A stretch of 32,000 nt of DNA from Mycobacteroides sp. CBMA 271 (GTDB lineage Bacteria; Actinomycetota; Actinomycetes; Mycobacteriales; Mycobacteriaceae), in assembly GCF_009729205.1 (NCBI RefSeq), contig NZ_VTHB01000006.1, positions 233,546 through 265,545 of the forward strand. The letters are read 5' to 3'. The position numbers were made by a program, and so were the translations under genes. How positions within the stretch are numbered: position 1 is the first letter of the stretch; each line of letters opens with the position of its first letter. The notes beneath the pieces were generated by a model, which made no database searches, had not been told where the DNA came from, and saw only the letters and a list, made by a program, of their open reading frames with translations. Of this stretch, positions 8,240 through 15,384 are shown piece after piece.

Positions 8240-9160
8240 TCAAGAGCCGTTCTTCTGTGAGTGGGTGGCCAAATTCGGCAGCGTCTGATCGGCGTAGCCG
8301 GCGTCGCACGCTTCCCGAAACGTCTCGGACGCCGCAGAGAGGGAACGAAGGTTCACTCCGCGCTCTGCTGCGGCGTCGACGGCCAGACGGATATCTTTCG
8401 CTGCGTTCTCTAGGGAGATAGACAGCGCATCGGCGTCTTCTTCTAGCAGGTACTCGGTTATTTTCTGGAATATGCCGCTGTTTGTAGAACCCATGGAAAC
8501 GATGCCGCGCAGCGCACGGAGGTCGACATCCATGCTGGAGGCCAGTTGGCATGCTTCCGATGCAACCGCCGAGATGCCCATGGTCATCGCGTTGTAGACG
8601 ATCTTCATTTTGTGCGCGGATCCCGTTGGACCTACGCGCATGATGGTGGCGCTGTAGGCCGCGACGACGTCGATGAACTCCTGGAAATTGTCGTCGCAGC
8701 CCAGCATGCTGTTGAGAGCTCCCCGGCGTGCTTGTTCCGGGGATCTGGTCACGGGGGCGTCGACGAATCGGATGCCGAGGGCGGCTGCTTGCGCGGCGAG
8801 TTCGATGGTCGAGTGCGGCCACGCGGTAGTGGTGTCCAGGACAATTGTCTTCGGGGCAAGACCAGCGAGCAGGCCTCCCTGGCGGCATACGGCCTCGACC
8901 TGGGCGCTTGACGGTAGGGACAGCACTACCACCGCACAACCGTCGGCCAGTTGGGACAGTGAGTGGCTCTCTGACGCCCCGTGTTCGACCAGTTCGTTTA
9001 CGCCTGATCGATCCTTGTTCGCCATGACCCGCAACTCGGCGCCTTGGCCCAGTAGGCATCGCCCTATCCCTGTGCCCATGCGGCCGGCACCCACTAGTCC
9101 TACCGTGCGCCCGGACAGCTCTGGTTTGGCATCGATCCGTAACGTCGTCGCGGTTGTCAT
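8240..9160 (-). CDS. NAD(P)-dependent beta-hydroxyacid dehydrogenase family oxidoreductase (3-hydroxyisobutyrate / tartronate-semialdehyde reductase-like)
   Basis: 306 aa. It has an N-terminal Rossmann motif VGLVGAGRMGTGIGRCLL, a DAPVT segment, and GSAHKMKIVYNAM containing the family catalytic Lys. The start overlaps the upstream HAD stop (ATGA at 9157..9160). Confidence 0.8.
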   Translation of the reverse strand: MTTATTLRIDAKPELSGRTVGLVGAGRMGTGIGRCLLGQGAELRVMANKDRSGVNELVEHGASESHSLSQLADGCAVVVLSLPSSAQVEAVCRQGGLLAGLAPKTIVLDTTTAWPHSTIELAAQAAALGIRFVDAPVTRSPEQARRGALNSMLGCDDNFQEFIDVVAAYSATIMRVGPTGSAHKMKIVYNAMTMGISAVASEACQLASSMDVDLRALRGIVSMGSTNSGIFQKITEYLLEEDADALSISLENAAKDIRLAVDAAAERGVNLRSLSAASETFREACDAGYADQTLPNLATHSQKNGS

Positions 9161-9813
9161 AGCAAGTTCTCACGTTTGAGGACAGTGAGCAGCTCGTTGT
9201 GGTCGCGCACAACGTGATCGGCGCCCGCATCGCGTAACCGCGTTTCGGATGCCATTCCACCCGTCATCGCAACGCTGGTGAGACCCAGGGATCGGGCGAT
9301 GCCGACTTCCTCGGGAGTGTCGCCGACGATCACGGTGCGCTGCGGTGAGATGTTCTGCTCACGCATGTACCGATCCAGCATCTCGCCCTTTGTGAATCCT
9401 TGGTACTGGGATTCCCGGCTGGCATAAGCCAAGATGTGGGCGATCTTGCTCTCCACCCCCAGCAGAGCGATGTGCTCGCGGATGAGGCTCTCGATGTGGT
9501 TGCTGAGAATCAGCACGTCCGCGGCGTCTTTGAAAGCCTCAAGCGCACGCTCGGCGCCGACACGCAACCGCGACGCGGCGGCTAACGGTTGGTAGCTGCC
9601 GAAGAACAGTTCGTTGTCGTTTTCTTGTGCCGCAGACGGCAGTCCCAGTTTCTCGTAGAGGCGGCTGAACGGGAATTCGCACACCGCACGCAATGTATCC
9701 ACGTCAATCTCAGCTAGCTTGAAATGAGTGAGGACGGCGTTGATCGACGTCGTGAACGCGCCGGCATCATCCAATAGCGTTCCGTTCCAGTCATAAACGA
9801 CGGTTAGACGCAT
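9157..9813 (-). CDS. HAD-IA superfamily hydrolase (phosphoglycolate-phosphatase-like) with an atypical motif I
   Basis: 218 aa. Motif I is VVYDWNGTLLDD, where Asn replaces the usual second Asp of DxDGT. Motif II is LILSN, the motif III Lys lies in FTKGE, and motif IV is VGDTPEE. Confidence 0.8.
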   Translation of the reverse strand: MRLTVVYDWNGTLLDDAGAFTTSINAVLTHFKLAEIDVDTLRAVCEFPFSRLYEKLGLPSAAQENDNELFFGSYQPLAAASRLRVGAERALEAFKDAADVLILSNHIESLIREHIALLGVESKIAHILAYASRESQYQGFTKGEMLDRYMREQNISPQRTVIVGDTPEEVGIARSLGLTSVAMTGGMASETRLRDAGADHVVRDHNELLTVLKRENLL

Positions 9814-9817
9814 CCGA

Positions 9818-11416
9818 TCACCCTGCCATCTCTTCCTTCCCGAGGTGCTGTTCGAGGATCCGTAGGTACTCCTCGTCAGCGCGGACTTGGCCTATCGGCG
9901 TAGGCATACGAAACGTAAAGGGTGAGCAATCGTAGTCGTACTCGCCGCCAGGCAGAACGCGCGTCAATCGATGAAAGGGTAGGTATGTAACGCGCGTGAC
10001 GCCGATGGCCTTGGCGACGAGCGACTCGAAGAAATTGAGCAATTGCGGGTTCCTGGAGTTCAATTCGAGCCACGGCCGCTCTGGTTTGAAGGCAAGGGAG
10101 CTCCAGATCTGCCAGAAAATCAGCTCTTCCAGTGAGTTGACCCCCAATCCGTAGTAGCTCGGGGAAATGAATGGCGGCGATCCCACCACCCAGTGCACTG
10201 AGTGTGCGCCAGCGTCGAACAGCAGTCGAGCCACGGCCTGGCTGGTGTCCCCGCGGATCAACGCCTCGTCTACCACGACGATGTCGCGGCCGGTGACATC
10301 GATATCCCGCAGGCTGTACTTGCGTTCGATCAGCGCTTTGCGTTCACCCGGGATGCCGATGAGAGTGCGCTGGAGCAGCCCGATCTCTACCAGCTCTTCC
10401 CGCACGACCGCTTTCCCGTGTGGGTGCGCCTGCAGATACTCAAAAAGCCCGTCGGCGTATGGAATACCCGTCTTTGGCATGGACGCAACAACGAGGCCAC
10501 CTGTCCCCGTTGTGGTCTCGCCCAGCAGGGCTCCCAGTTCGAAACCTATCTTCCGGCGGGTATCCCAATGTGTCTCGCCATGGAAACGGGTGCGCGGATG
10601 CCCTAGGTAGAGGGTTTCGAAGACACATTTCTTGGGTCGGTGCACGGCCCTTCCGACGCACCCCACCTTGATCTCGCCTTCGCAGGCCGAATCGATGATC
10701 GCGATCTGGCTCGGCTGCAGCTCGATGAGGCTACCCGTCTCGGCAATGGCACTGTCGATCTCAGAGGCCACCGCGATCACATCGGAACGCTGGAGCACGC
10801 CCAAGGGGCGTAGGCCCTGCCAATTTCGGTACGCCACGACAATCCCGGCATCGTCAACGAGAACCGCGCTCACTGCGCCGTCAACTTTGAGGTCGACTTC
10901 CCGGAAAACATCCACATAGTCGGGCCTAAGGCCGCGGTTCACATACTTTGACAGACAGATCTGCTCCACCACCCGCGTAAGGATCTCGACGTCCGATCCC
11001 GCCGAGATCTCCATCCCAGCCGCTGAGAGTTCTTGTGCCAGTTCCGAAGTGTTTACTAGCCCGCCATCCATTGCCACGTGCAGCGTAAACGGCGCCGCGG
11101 GCTGCACTCCGGTGACTGATCGATCCGAGGCAAACGGCTGGTTGCCCAAGTCGTTCGATGTCTGGTGAACGTGGCCTAGGAGTGCGCGTAGCGGTGTGTT
11201 CCCAAGGCCTTTCGCGAGTGCTGCCTCGTCCACGCGGACGGCGGGGAACTCCGACAGATACCCGGATGGGGCTCCGCTGTTTTGTTGAGCGATCAGTGAA
11301 AACCCCCGCTGTCCGCGATGGCTGAGCTGCGCGACTAGCTGGCTTATCAGCCCCGCATTCTCCGATGGTTCGATTCCGCCGCCGTCTGCCCTTGCCAATG
11401 CCAAAATGCCAGCCAT
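9818..11416 (-). CDS. Amidophosphoribosyltransferase (PurF)-like protein: degenerate class-II amidotransferase domain plus type I PRTase domain
   Basis: 532 aa, collinear with E. coli PurF as I recall it. Paired segments (this protein / PurF): MAGILAL / MCGIVGI, LSHRGQ / LQHRGQ, QPF / QPF, SDVEIL / SDSEIL, GLRPL / GIRPL, CVFETLYLGHP / CLFEYVYFARP, RTLIGIPGER / RTFIMPGQ, and the PRPP loop IVVVDEALIRGDTS / VLLVDDSIVRGTTS. Confidence 0.8.
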   Translation of the reverse strand: MAGILALARADGGGIEPSENAGLISQLVAQLSHRGQRGFSLIAQQNSGAPSGYLSEFPAVRVDEAALAKGLGNTPLRALLGHVHQTSNDLGNQPFASDRSVTGVQPAAPFTLHVAMDGGLVNTSELAQELSAAGMEISAGSDVEILTRVVEQICLSKYVNRGLRPDYVDVFREVDLKVDGAVSAVLVDDAGIVVAYRNWQGLRPLGVLQRSDVIAVASEIDSAIAETGSLIELQPSQIAIIDSACEGEIKVGCVGRAVHRPKKCVFETLYLGHPRTRFHGETHWDTRRKIGFELGALLGETTTGTGGLVVASMPKTGIPYADGLFEYLQAHPHGKAVVREELVEIGLLQRTLIGIPGERKALIERKYSLRDIDVTGRDIVVVDEALIRGDTSQAVARLLFDAGAHSVHWVVGSPPFISPSYYGLGVNSLEELIFWQIWSSLAFKPERPWLELNSRNPQLLNFFESLVAKAIGVTRVTYLPFHRLTRVLPGGEYDYDCSPFTFRMPTPIGQVRADEEYLRILEQHLGKEEMAG

Positions 11417-11978
11417 TTGAACCCCGACTTCCCAGTGCCTTGACTGTTGGAATCTTGCGTGGTTGCAACGCGAATCAGGTGGTGCTGCTCTCTCAGGCCC
11501 GCGCCTCGGAGCGCGACGGCGATGGCCGCTCCCAGTCTTCTAAGTCCAACACAGGCGAGGGTTACGCGCGCGCCGAAGATTTTCGATGACCTGCCTGCTG
11601 ACGAGTTGACCCGCCGTGGCACCGATGCCCATTCTCGCTAGAATTAATGAAAACCCTTCTGCTGCACAGGCATCGGGCACAACGTACTGCTTCGCAGGTG
11701 TTGGGGTGCGTACCGTAAGAAAAGCGCAAAGAGAATGGAGGTGATGTCGCCGGTCGGAACATTGATCGGGTGGATACCGGAAATTCCTTTAAGCGCAACC
11801 AGATTCCAAAGCCCGTGATTGCTCTAGATACTTGGCTCGCCCAGTTCGGCATGGCCCTGGCGGTCGCAGAGGGCACACGCTGTGATCGGTGTCGACGTGC
11901 AGATATCGGTGTCTTCGTCGAATCTGCTGCCGAACCCGGCGCCTTCGACCTGAACCCCGTGCTGGGGTTGGTCGGTGC

Positions 11979-13013
11979 TTACGATGTGCCTGGCTGGGAG
12001 TTGTCGAGTTCGGTGATCTGACGGATGAAGTGCGCCATGTCGTCGATGGCGGCGCGAGCATCCGGCAGAAAATCGGCGCCGATCTGGAAGTCATGTACTG
12101 CGTGATCCCAGATCTGTACCGTGCACGGGACGTTCGCCCCAGCGCAGCGCTGGGCCAACTGCTCTACATCTGCCAGCAGCACTTCGAGCGAGCCGACCTG
12201 AATGAAGGTCGGTGGCATCCCATTGAAGTCGTGATTCACCGGCGACCAAGCAGGATCCAACTGGCCGTCGGGGGCCATACCCATTTCGCCCGGCACCGCG
12301 AGGATAACGCCGGACAACATGGCGTCGTGTGCTTCGTTCGGGTGGCTCCTCTTGGCCGAACAATCGAGGTCTGCCCACGGTGAGATGGCGGCGATGCCAC
12401 CGGGCATCGGCAAGCCGGCCTCGCGGGTGGCGAGCGCCGCACTGAAGGCCAGACCGCCACCGGCGGAGTCGCCGGCGAACACGATCCTTTCGGCTGCGAA
12501 CCCCTGGTCGAGCAGGTACCGATAGGCCTCTACGGCATCCGCCACAGATTCGGTGACATGCGCCAGCGGCAGCTGCCGATAGTCCACCGCCAAAAGACGC
12601 ATTCCGGCCGCGCGGGCGACGCGTGCAGTCATCCGTCGATGGCTGTGTAGACCACCCAGAATGAACGCCCCGCCGTGGAAGTACAGAATCGCACCCTGCC
12701 CAGGATTCTCGGGATCGGGAAGGTTCTTGTGCCATAACCATTCCGCACGGAAGCTGGGGAATGTCACCGCGCGCCGCCGGGTGCCGAAGCTCGGCCGCAA
12801 GGGGAAGGCCGCTAGCTCCAGGAAGTTGGCAGCCCGAAAACCGCGTGTCCGCAGCGAGGGATGGCGCGCGGCGATTCGTGCCAGGCCCTCCAGCGGTCGT
12901 CGGAGCATCAGCCGCGCCGTGGAGTGGGAAAACCGTTGCAAGGCCGAGCCGCTACCCAGCCTATCGATGGTTACCGTGCCACCGGGTTCAGAGATAGGTG
13001 CAGGATCGTTCAT
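11979..13013 (-). CDS. Alpha/beta hydrolase fold-3 (hormone-sensitive-lipase family) esterase/lipase
   Basis: From Met 13013 (MNDPAPISEPGG...) the protein is 344 aa. It has the oxyanion motif YFHGGAFILGG, the nucleophile motif FAGDSAGGGLA, and a C-terminal catalytic His in WDHAVHDF. The 198 upstream codons in the ORF track are Arg-rich read-through. Confidence 0.85.
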   Translation of the reverse strand: MNDPAPISEPGGTVTIDRLGSGSALQRFSHSTARLMLRRPLEGLARIAARHPSLRTRGFRAANFLELAAFPLRPSFGTRRRAVTFPSFRAEWLWHKNLPDPENPGQGAILYFHGGAFILGGLHSHRRMTARVARAAGMRLLAVDYRQLPLAHVTESVADAVEAYRYLLDQGFAAERIVFAGDSAGGGLAFSAALATREAGLPMPGGIAAISPWADLDCSAKRSHPNEAHDAMLSGVILAVPGEMGMAPDGQLDPAWSPVNHDFNGMPPTFIQVGSLEVLLADVEQLAQRCAGANVPCTVQIWDHAVHDFQIGADFLPDARAAIDDMAHFIRQITELDNSQPGTS

Positions 13014-13192
13014 GCGAGCACCTCCACGGGCTGCTTCTCGTAGTCGAGAAGTTCCTCGCGGGTGCGTTGCTGGGATTCGGCGCGGCGGACCCGCTGTCGC
13101 TGGTCGGACACCGCCACCTCCTCGGTTGAGACATTTGGCGCAGAGGTCTGGATGTCTACTGCAGACAGTTTTGCATACTGCCGATATCCCAA
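13010..13192 (-). CDS. Candidate small ORF translationally coupled to the esterase (33-60 aa depending on start)
   Basis: The stop TGA overlaps the esterase ATG (gcATGAac). The 3' two-thirds has high third-position GC like real genes here. A GAGGAG Shine-Dalgarno-like element directly precedes GTG codons at 13117 and 13111, giving VSDQRQRVRRAESQQRTREELLDYEKQPVEVLA. No family recognised. Confidence 0.25.
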   Translation of the reverse strand: MGYRQYAKLSAVDIQTSAPNVSTEEVAVSDQRQRVRRAESQQRTREELLDYEKQPVEVLA

Positions 13193-13231
13193 GGGGGGCT
13201 GTTCTGGGCTGGCGCGGCCGGATGCCCGGAC

Positions 13232-13975
13232 CTATTCGATGCCGAGACTCTTGAGCGCGTGGGACATCCGCTGCGCTGTCGCCGGCGTCAGCGTCGCCCA
13301 CAGCGCACCGTCGCCGGAAGTGCTCGGTGTCGACATGATCCGGCCAAAGGCAGTGTCGTACACCCCAACTCCACCGGGTGCGCGATCGGTCACTCCGTCG
13401 ATTCGGCGGATTGCGGTGATCTCGGTCATCGCGCCGCGACGTGCCATCGCCTTCGCGACAGTGACCGCGTCGGCCTTGGTGGCGCCGAGTGCCATGAGTC
13501 GACGAGCCATATCGCCAGGCTCGGCATTGAGCGCCAAGGCAAGCTGTTCGGCAGGTGCGTTGATGGACCCGAACTTCAGCGGAGTGGCGTCGCCCAGATA
13601 CCGCCACAGCTCGGCACCGAGTGAACCGGTGACCGACCGCATGGCCACGCCCTCGCCGTCATTGACCAGCAGCACGTACGCCTCGCCATGCTCAACCAGG
13701 CACAGGCGCAGCATCTGCGACCCGGCCCAGCGCCGCACCGCGACCTGACCGGTGGCCTTGCTGGCCGAGGTCAACATGTCGCGCAGCGTCGGGTGAAGGT
13801 CCTCGCCCTTCAGCAGATTGCGTTCCTTGAGTCTGGTGCGTGCACCCTCCAGGGCATCCCGGTGCTCGACTTCGTCCTCATGGCGCGGACCGGCGGCCAA
13901 CACCACCGGCAACAGGTCATTGCCGGTGATCTCGCGGGTCAGTTCCAGTTCGTCGAAGTCCAGGCGGACGGTCAC
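13232..13975 (-). CDS. espG: EspG-family type VII secretion chaperone-like protein
   Basis: 247 aa, and the GTG start overlaps the PPE stop (GTGA). The N-terminus LDFDELELTREITGNDLLPVVL matches the EspG opening pattern (l..dE...l.e.lg...lP.vL). Size and later segments (TEITAIRR..., VGVYDTAFGRI, ALWATLTPAT) fit EspG architecture. The position directly after a PE-PPE pair is typical. Confidence 0.7.
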   Translation of the reverse strand: MTVRLDFDELELTREITGNDLLPVVLAAGPRHEDEVEHRDALEGARTRLKERNLLKGEDLHPTLRDMLTSASKATGQVAVRRWAGSQMLRLCLVEHGEAYVLLVNDGEGVAMRSVTGSLGAELWRYLGDATPLKFGSINAPAEQLALALNAEPGDMARRLMALGATKADAVTVAKAMARRGAMTEITAIRRIDGVTDRAPGGVGVYDTAFGRIMSTPSTSGDGALWATLTPATAQRMSHALKSLGIE

Positions 13976-15009
13976 AGGTCAGCGCTCGCGCCGAGAACCG
14001 GAGGGGCCACCGCTCCCTTGGAGCCGCCACGTTCGAACAGCTTTGAGGCGTCGACGTTCTCGAAGTCGGCGACCTTGTCGCTACCCGACTTGTTGGTCAG
14101 GATGTCCGGCAGGTCGACGGGCTTGCTCTCATCACCCATGAAGACGCCGGTGGCGCCGATGGCAGTGAGCTTGTCGTCGTCCTCGTCTTCATCCTTCTTG
14201 CCGCCGTTGCCGACCTTGACGCCCTTACTGGCAGCGGCGCCTGCAGCCATCGCGCCGCCGGCCATCATGCCGCCCATGCCGCCCATACCCATGCCCATGC
14301 CGGTACCGCTGGCAGAGGTCGGGTTGCCGGCCAGCGATACGGCGGCCGCTCGGGCGCTCTGTGTGCCGGGAACCGAGTCCGGGCTCAGTGGGCTCGGGCC
14401 CATCTCGGACATGCCGACTCCGGCTGCGCTGACGCCGGTGTTGCCGCTGTTGGCTCCCGACTTCTCCTCCGGGTACTTGATGACCTCGGGTGCAGGCGGG
14501 AATTCGACCACCTTGGAGGCCGGCTCGCTGGCCGACTCGTAGGTCTCCATGGCCTTCGCGGCCTGTAGGTCGAGGTCCTGCTCCATACCCTCGGTGGTCG
14601 CGGAGAGCCCGAACAGCGGTCCGCCTGCGGACAGTGCCTCAGCCTTGGCCTTCTCCAGCTGGGCCAGGTCGCTGATGTGCGGCATATCCAGGACAGCGGT
14701 GCCGTACGACTCGGCGTACGTGTTCGAGGTATCGCTGACCTCCTGGGTCAGACCCGCCATCTTCTCCACCCACTCGGTGAAGGGGGTCAGCTTGGTCAGC
14801 GCGTCCTCGGCATGCGGCCCGCGGTACCCCTCGGTGAGCAGTTCGCCCACGCGCAGGCTGTTCTCGTGCACCTCGGCGAACGCGGTGCTGATCTCTTGCC
14901 AGGCCAGCGCACTGTCCACGACGTGAGTCGGTCCAGCGCCCGTGGTCAGGTCCAGGGCCAACCTCTTCGCCTTGCGTGCAACCCAGTTGACGCCAGTGAA
15001 TCCGGTCAT
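13972..15009 (-). CDS. Divergent PPE-family protein (no literal Pro-Pro-Glu motif) with a Gly/Met-rich and acidic C-terminal region
   Basis: 345 aa. The N-terminal ~170 aa follow the PPE helical pattern: TTGAGPTHVVDSALAWQEISTAFAE..., YRGPHAEDALTKLTPFTEWVEKMAGLTQEVSDTSNTYAESYGTAV (compare W.G.AS.AM..A..PY..WL...A..AE.....A..AA.AYE.A). It lies 3 nt downstream of a PE-like gene. Confidence 0.65.
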   Translation of the reverse strand: MTGFTGVNWVARKAKRLALDLTTGAGPTHVVDSALAWQEISTAFAEVHENSLRVGELLTEGYRGPHAEDALTKLTPFTEWVEKMAGLTQEVSDTSNTYAESYGTAVLDMPHISDLAQLEKAKAEALSAGGPLFGLSATTEGMEQDLDLQAAKAMETYESASEPASKVVEFPPAPEVIKYPEEKSGANSGNTGVSAAGVGMSEMGPSPLSPDSVPGTQSARAAAVSLAGNPTSASGTGMGMGMGGMGGMMAGGAMAAGAAASKGVKVGNGGKKDEDEDDDKLTAIGATGVFMGDESKPVDLPDILTNKSGSDKVADFENVDASKLFERGGSKGAVAPPVLGASADL

Positions 15010-15012
15010 GAT

Positions 15013-15384
15013 CTATTCCCCCACACCATTGATGCGAGCGGCGTTGGTCCGCTCCATATCGACGAATGCTTGCGAGTTGCGTCGGAAGGCCTCGGCGATG
15101 CGCTTGAACTGCTCAATGCCGTCCTTGGCGACCTTCTCGAAGTTCTCGTTGGTCTTCGCGGAGGCGTTCGCTACCGCGGTCGACACTTCGTCGCGGCCCG
15201 CCGAGCCGAACTTCGCGGTCTCTAGCTGCTTGTCGAGTGCATCCTGCAGCCGCTGCGCCATCGCGTCGTACTCGACGGCGGCTTGCTTCATGGCATCTGG
15301 ATCAACCTGCAGAACACTTCCTGGCTGGCTAGCCAAGTCCCAACGGATTTCCTCACGCTGGGCGGGCGCCGGTACGTCAGCCAT
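15013..15384 (-). CDS. Divergent PE-family protein
   Basis: From Met 15384 (MADVPAP..., preceded by a GGGGA Shine-Dalgarno-like element) the protein is 123 aa. LQVDPDAMKQAA corresponds to the PE motif region (Pro-Asp instead of Pro-Glu). SAGRDEVSTAVANA matches the conserved AADEVSAA.A helix-2 start. AFRRNSQAFVDME aligns with the FH.QFV...Y...E tail. Confidence 0.65.
   Translation of the reverse strand: MADVPAPAQREEIRWDLASQPGSVLQVDPDAMKQAAVEYDAMAQRLQDALDKQLETAKFGSAGRDEVSTAVANASAKTNENFEKVAKDGIEQFKRIAEAFRRNSQAFVDMERTNAARINGVGE

Noticed and set aside
11440-11500. TPP-riboswitch-like words on the minus strand upstream of the PurF-like gene (CUGAGAG ... ACCUGAU).
   Set aside because: Only the two short words match. 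The spacer between them is about 9 nt, too short for the P3 helix. The downstream CCGG...CCGGCG / AGGGA pyrophosphate-sensor helix is absent, since the sequence reads ucgcguugcaaccacgcaagauucc. I judge it a chance resemblance, and a covariance-model scan would settle it.
11347-11622. A 91-aa minus-strand ORF with a Rossmann-like string (KIFGARVTLACVGLRRLGAAIAVALRGAGL), plus an adjacent frame reading MGIGATAGQLVSRQVIEN. This could be a frameshifted ThiF/dehydrogenase-like N-terminus.
   Set aside because: The glycine motif is degenerate (GxxxxG rather than GxGxxG) and third-position GC is poor. The ORF runs 70 nt into the PurF-like gene in another frame. At best it is a decayed remnant, and I mention it only under the long-leader finding.
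13014-13607. N-terminal extensions of several ORF-track entries: esterase 542 aa, septum-formation protein 626 aa, CPBP 362 aa, MBL-Rieske 584 aa, CHAP 277 aa.
   Set aside because: The extensions are Arg/His/Pro-rich and non-homologous. They overlap neighbouring or divergent genes. Internal Met codons give products that begin where family homology or signal peptides begin.
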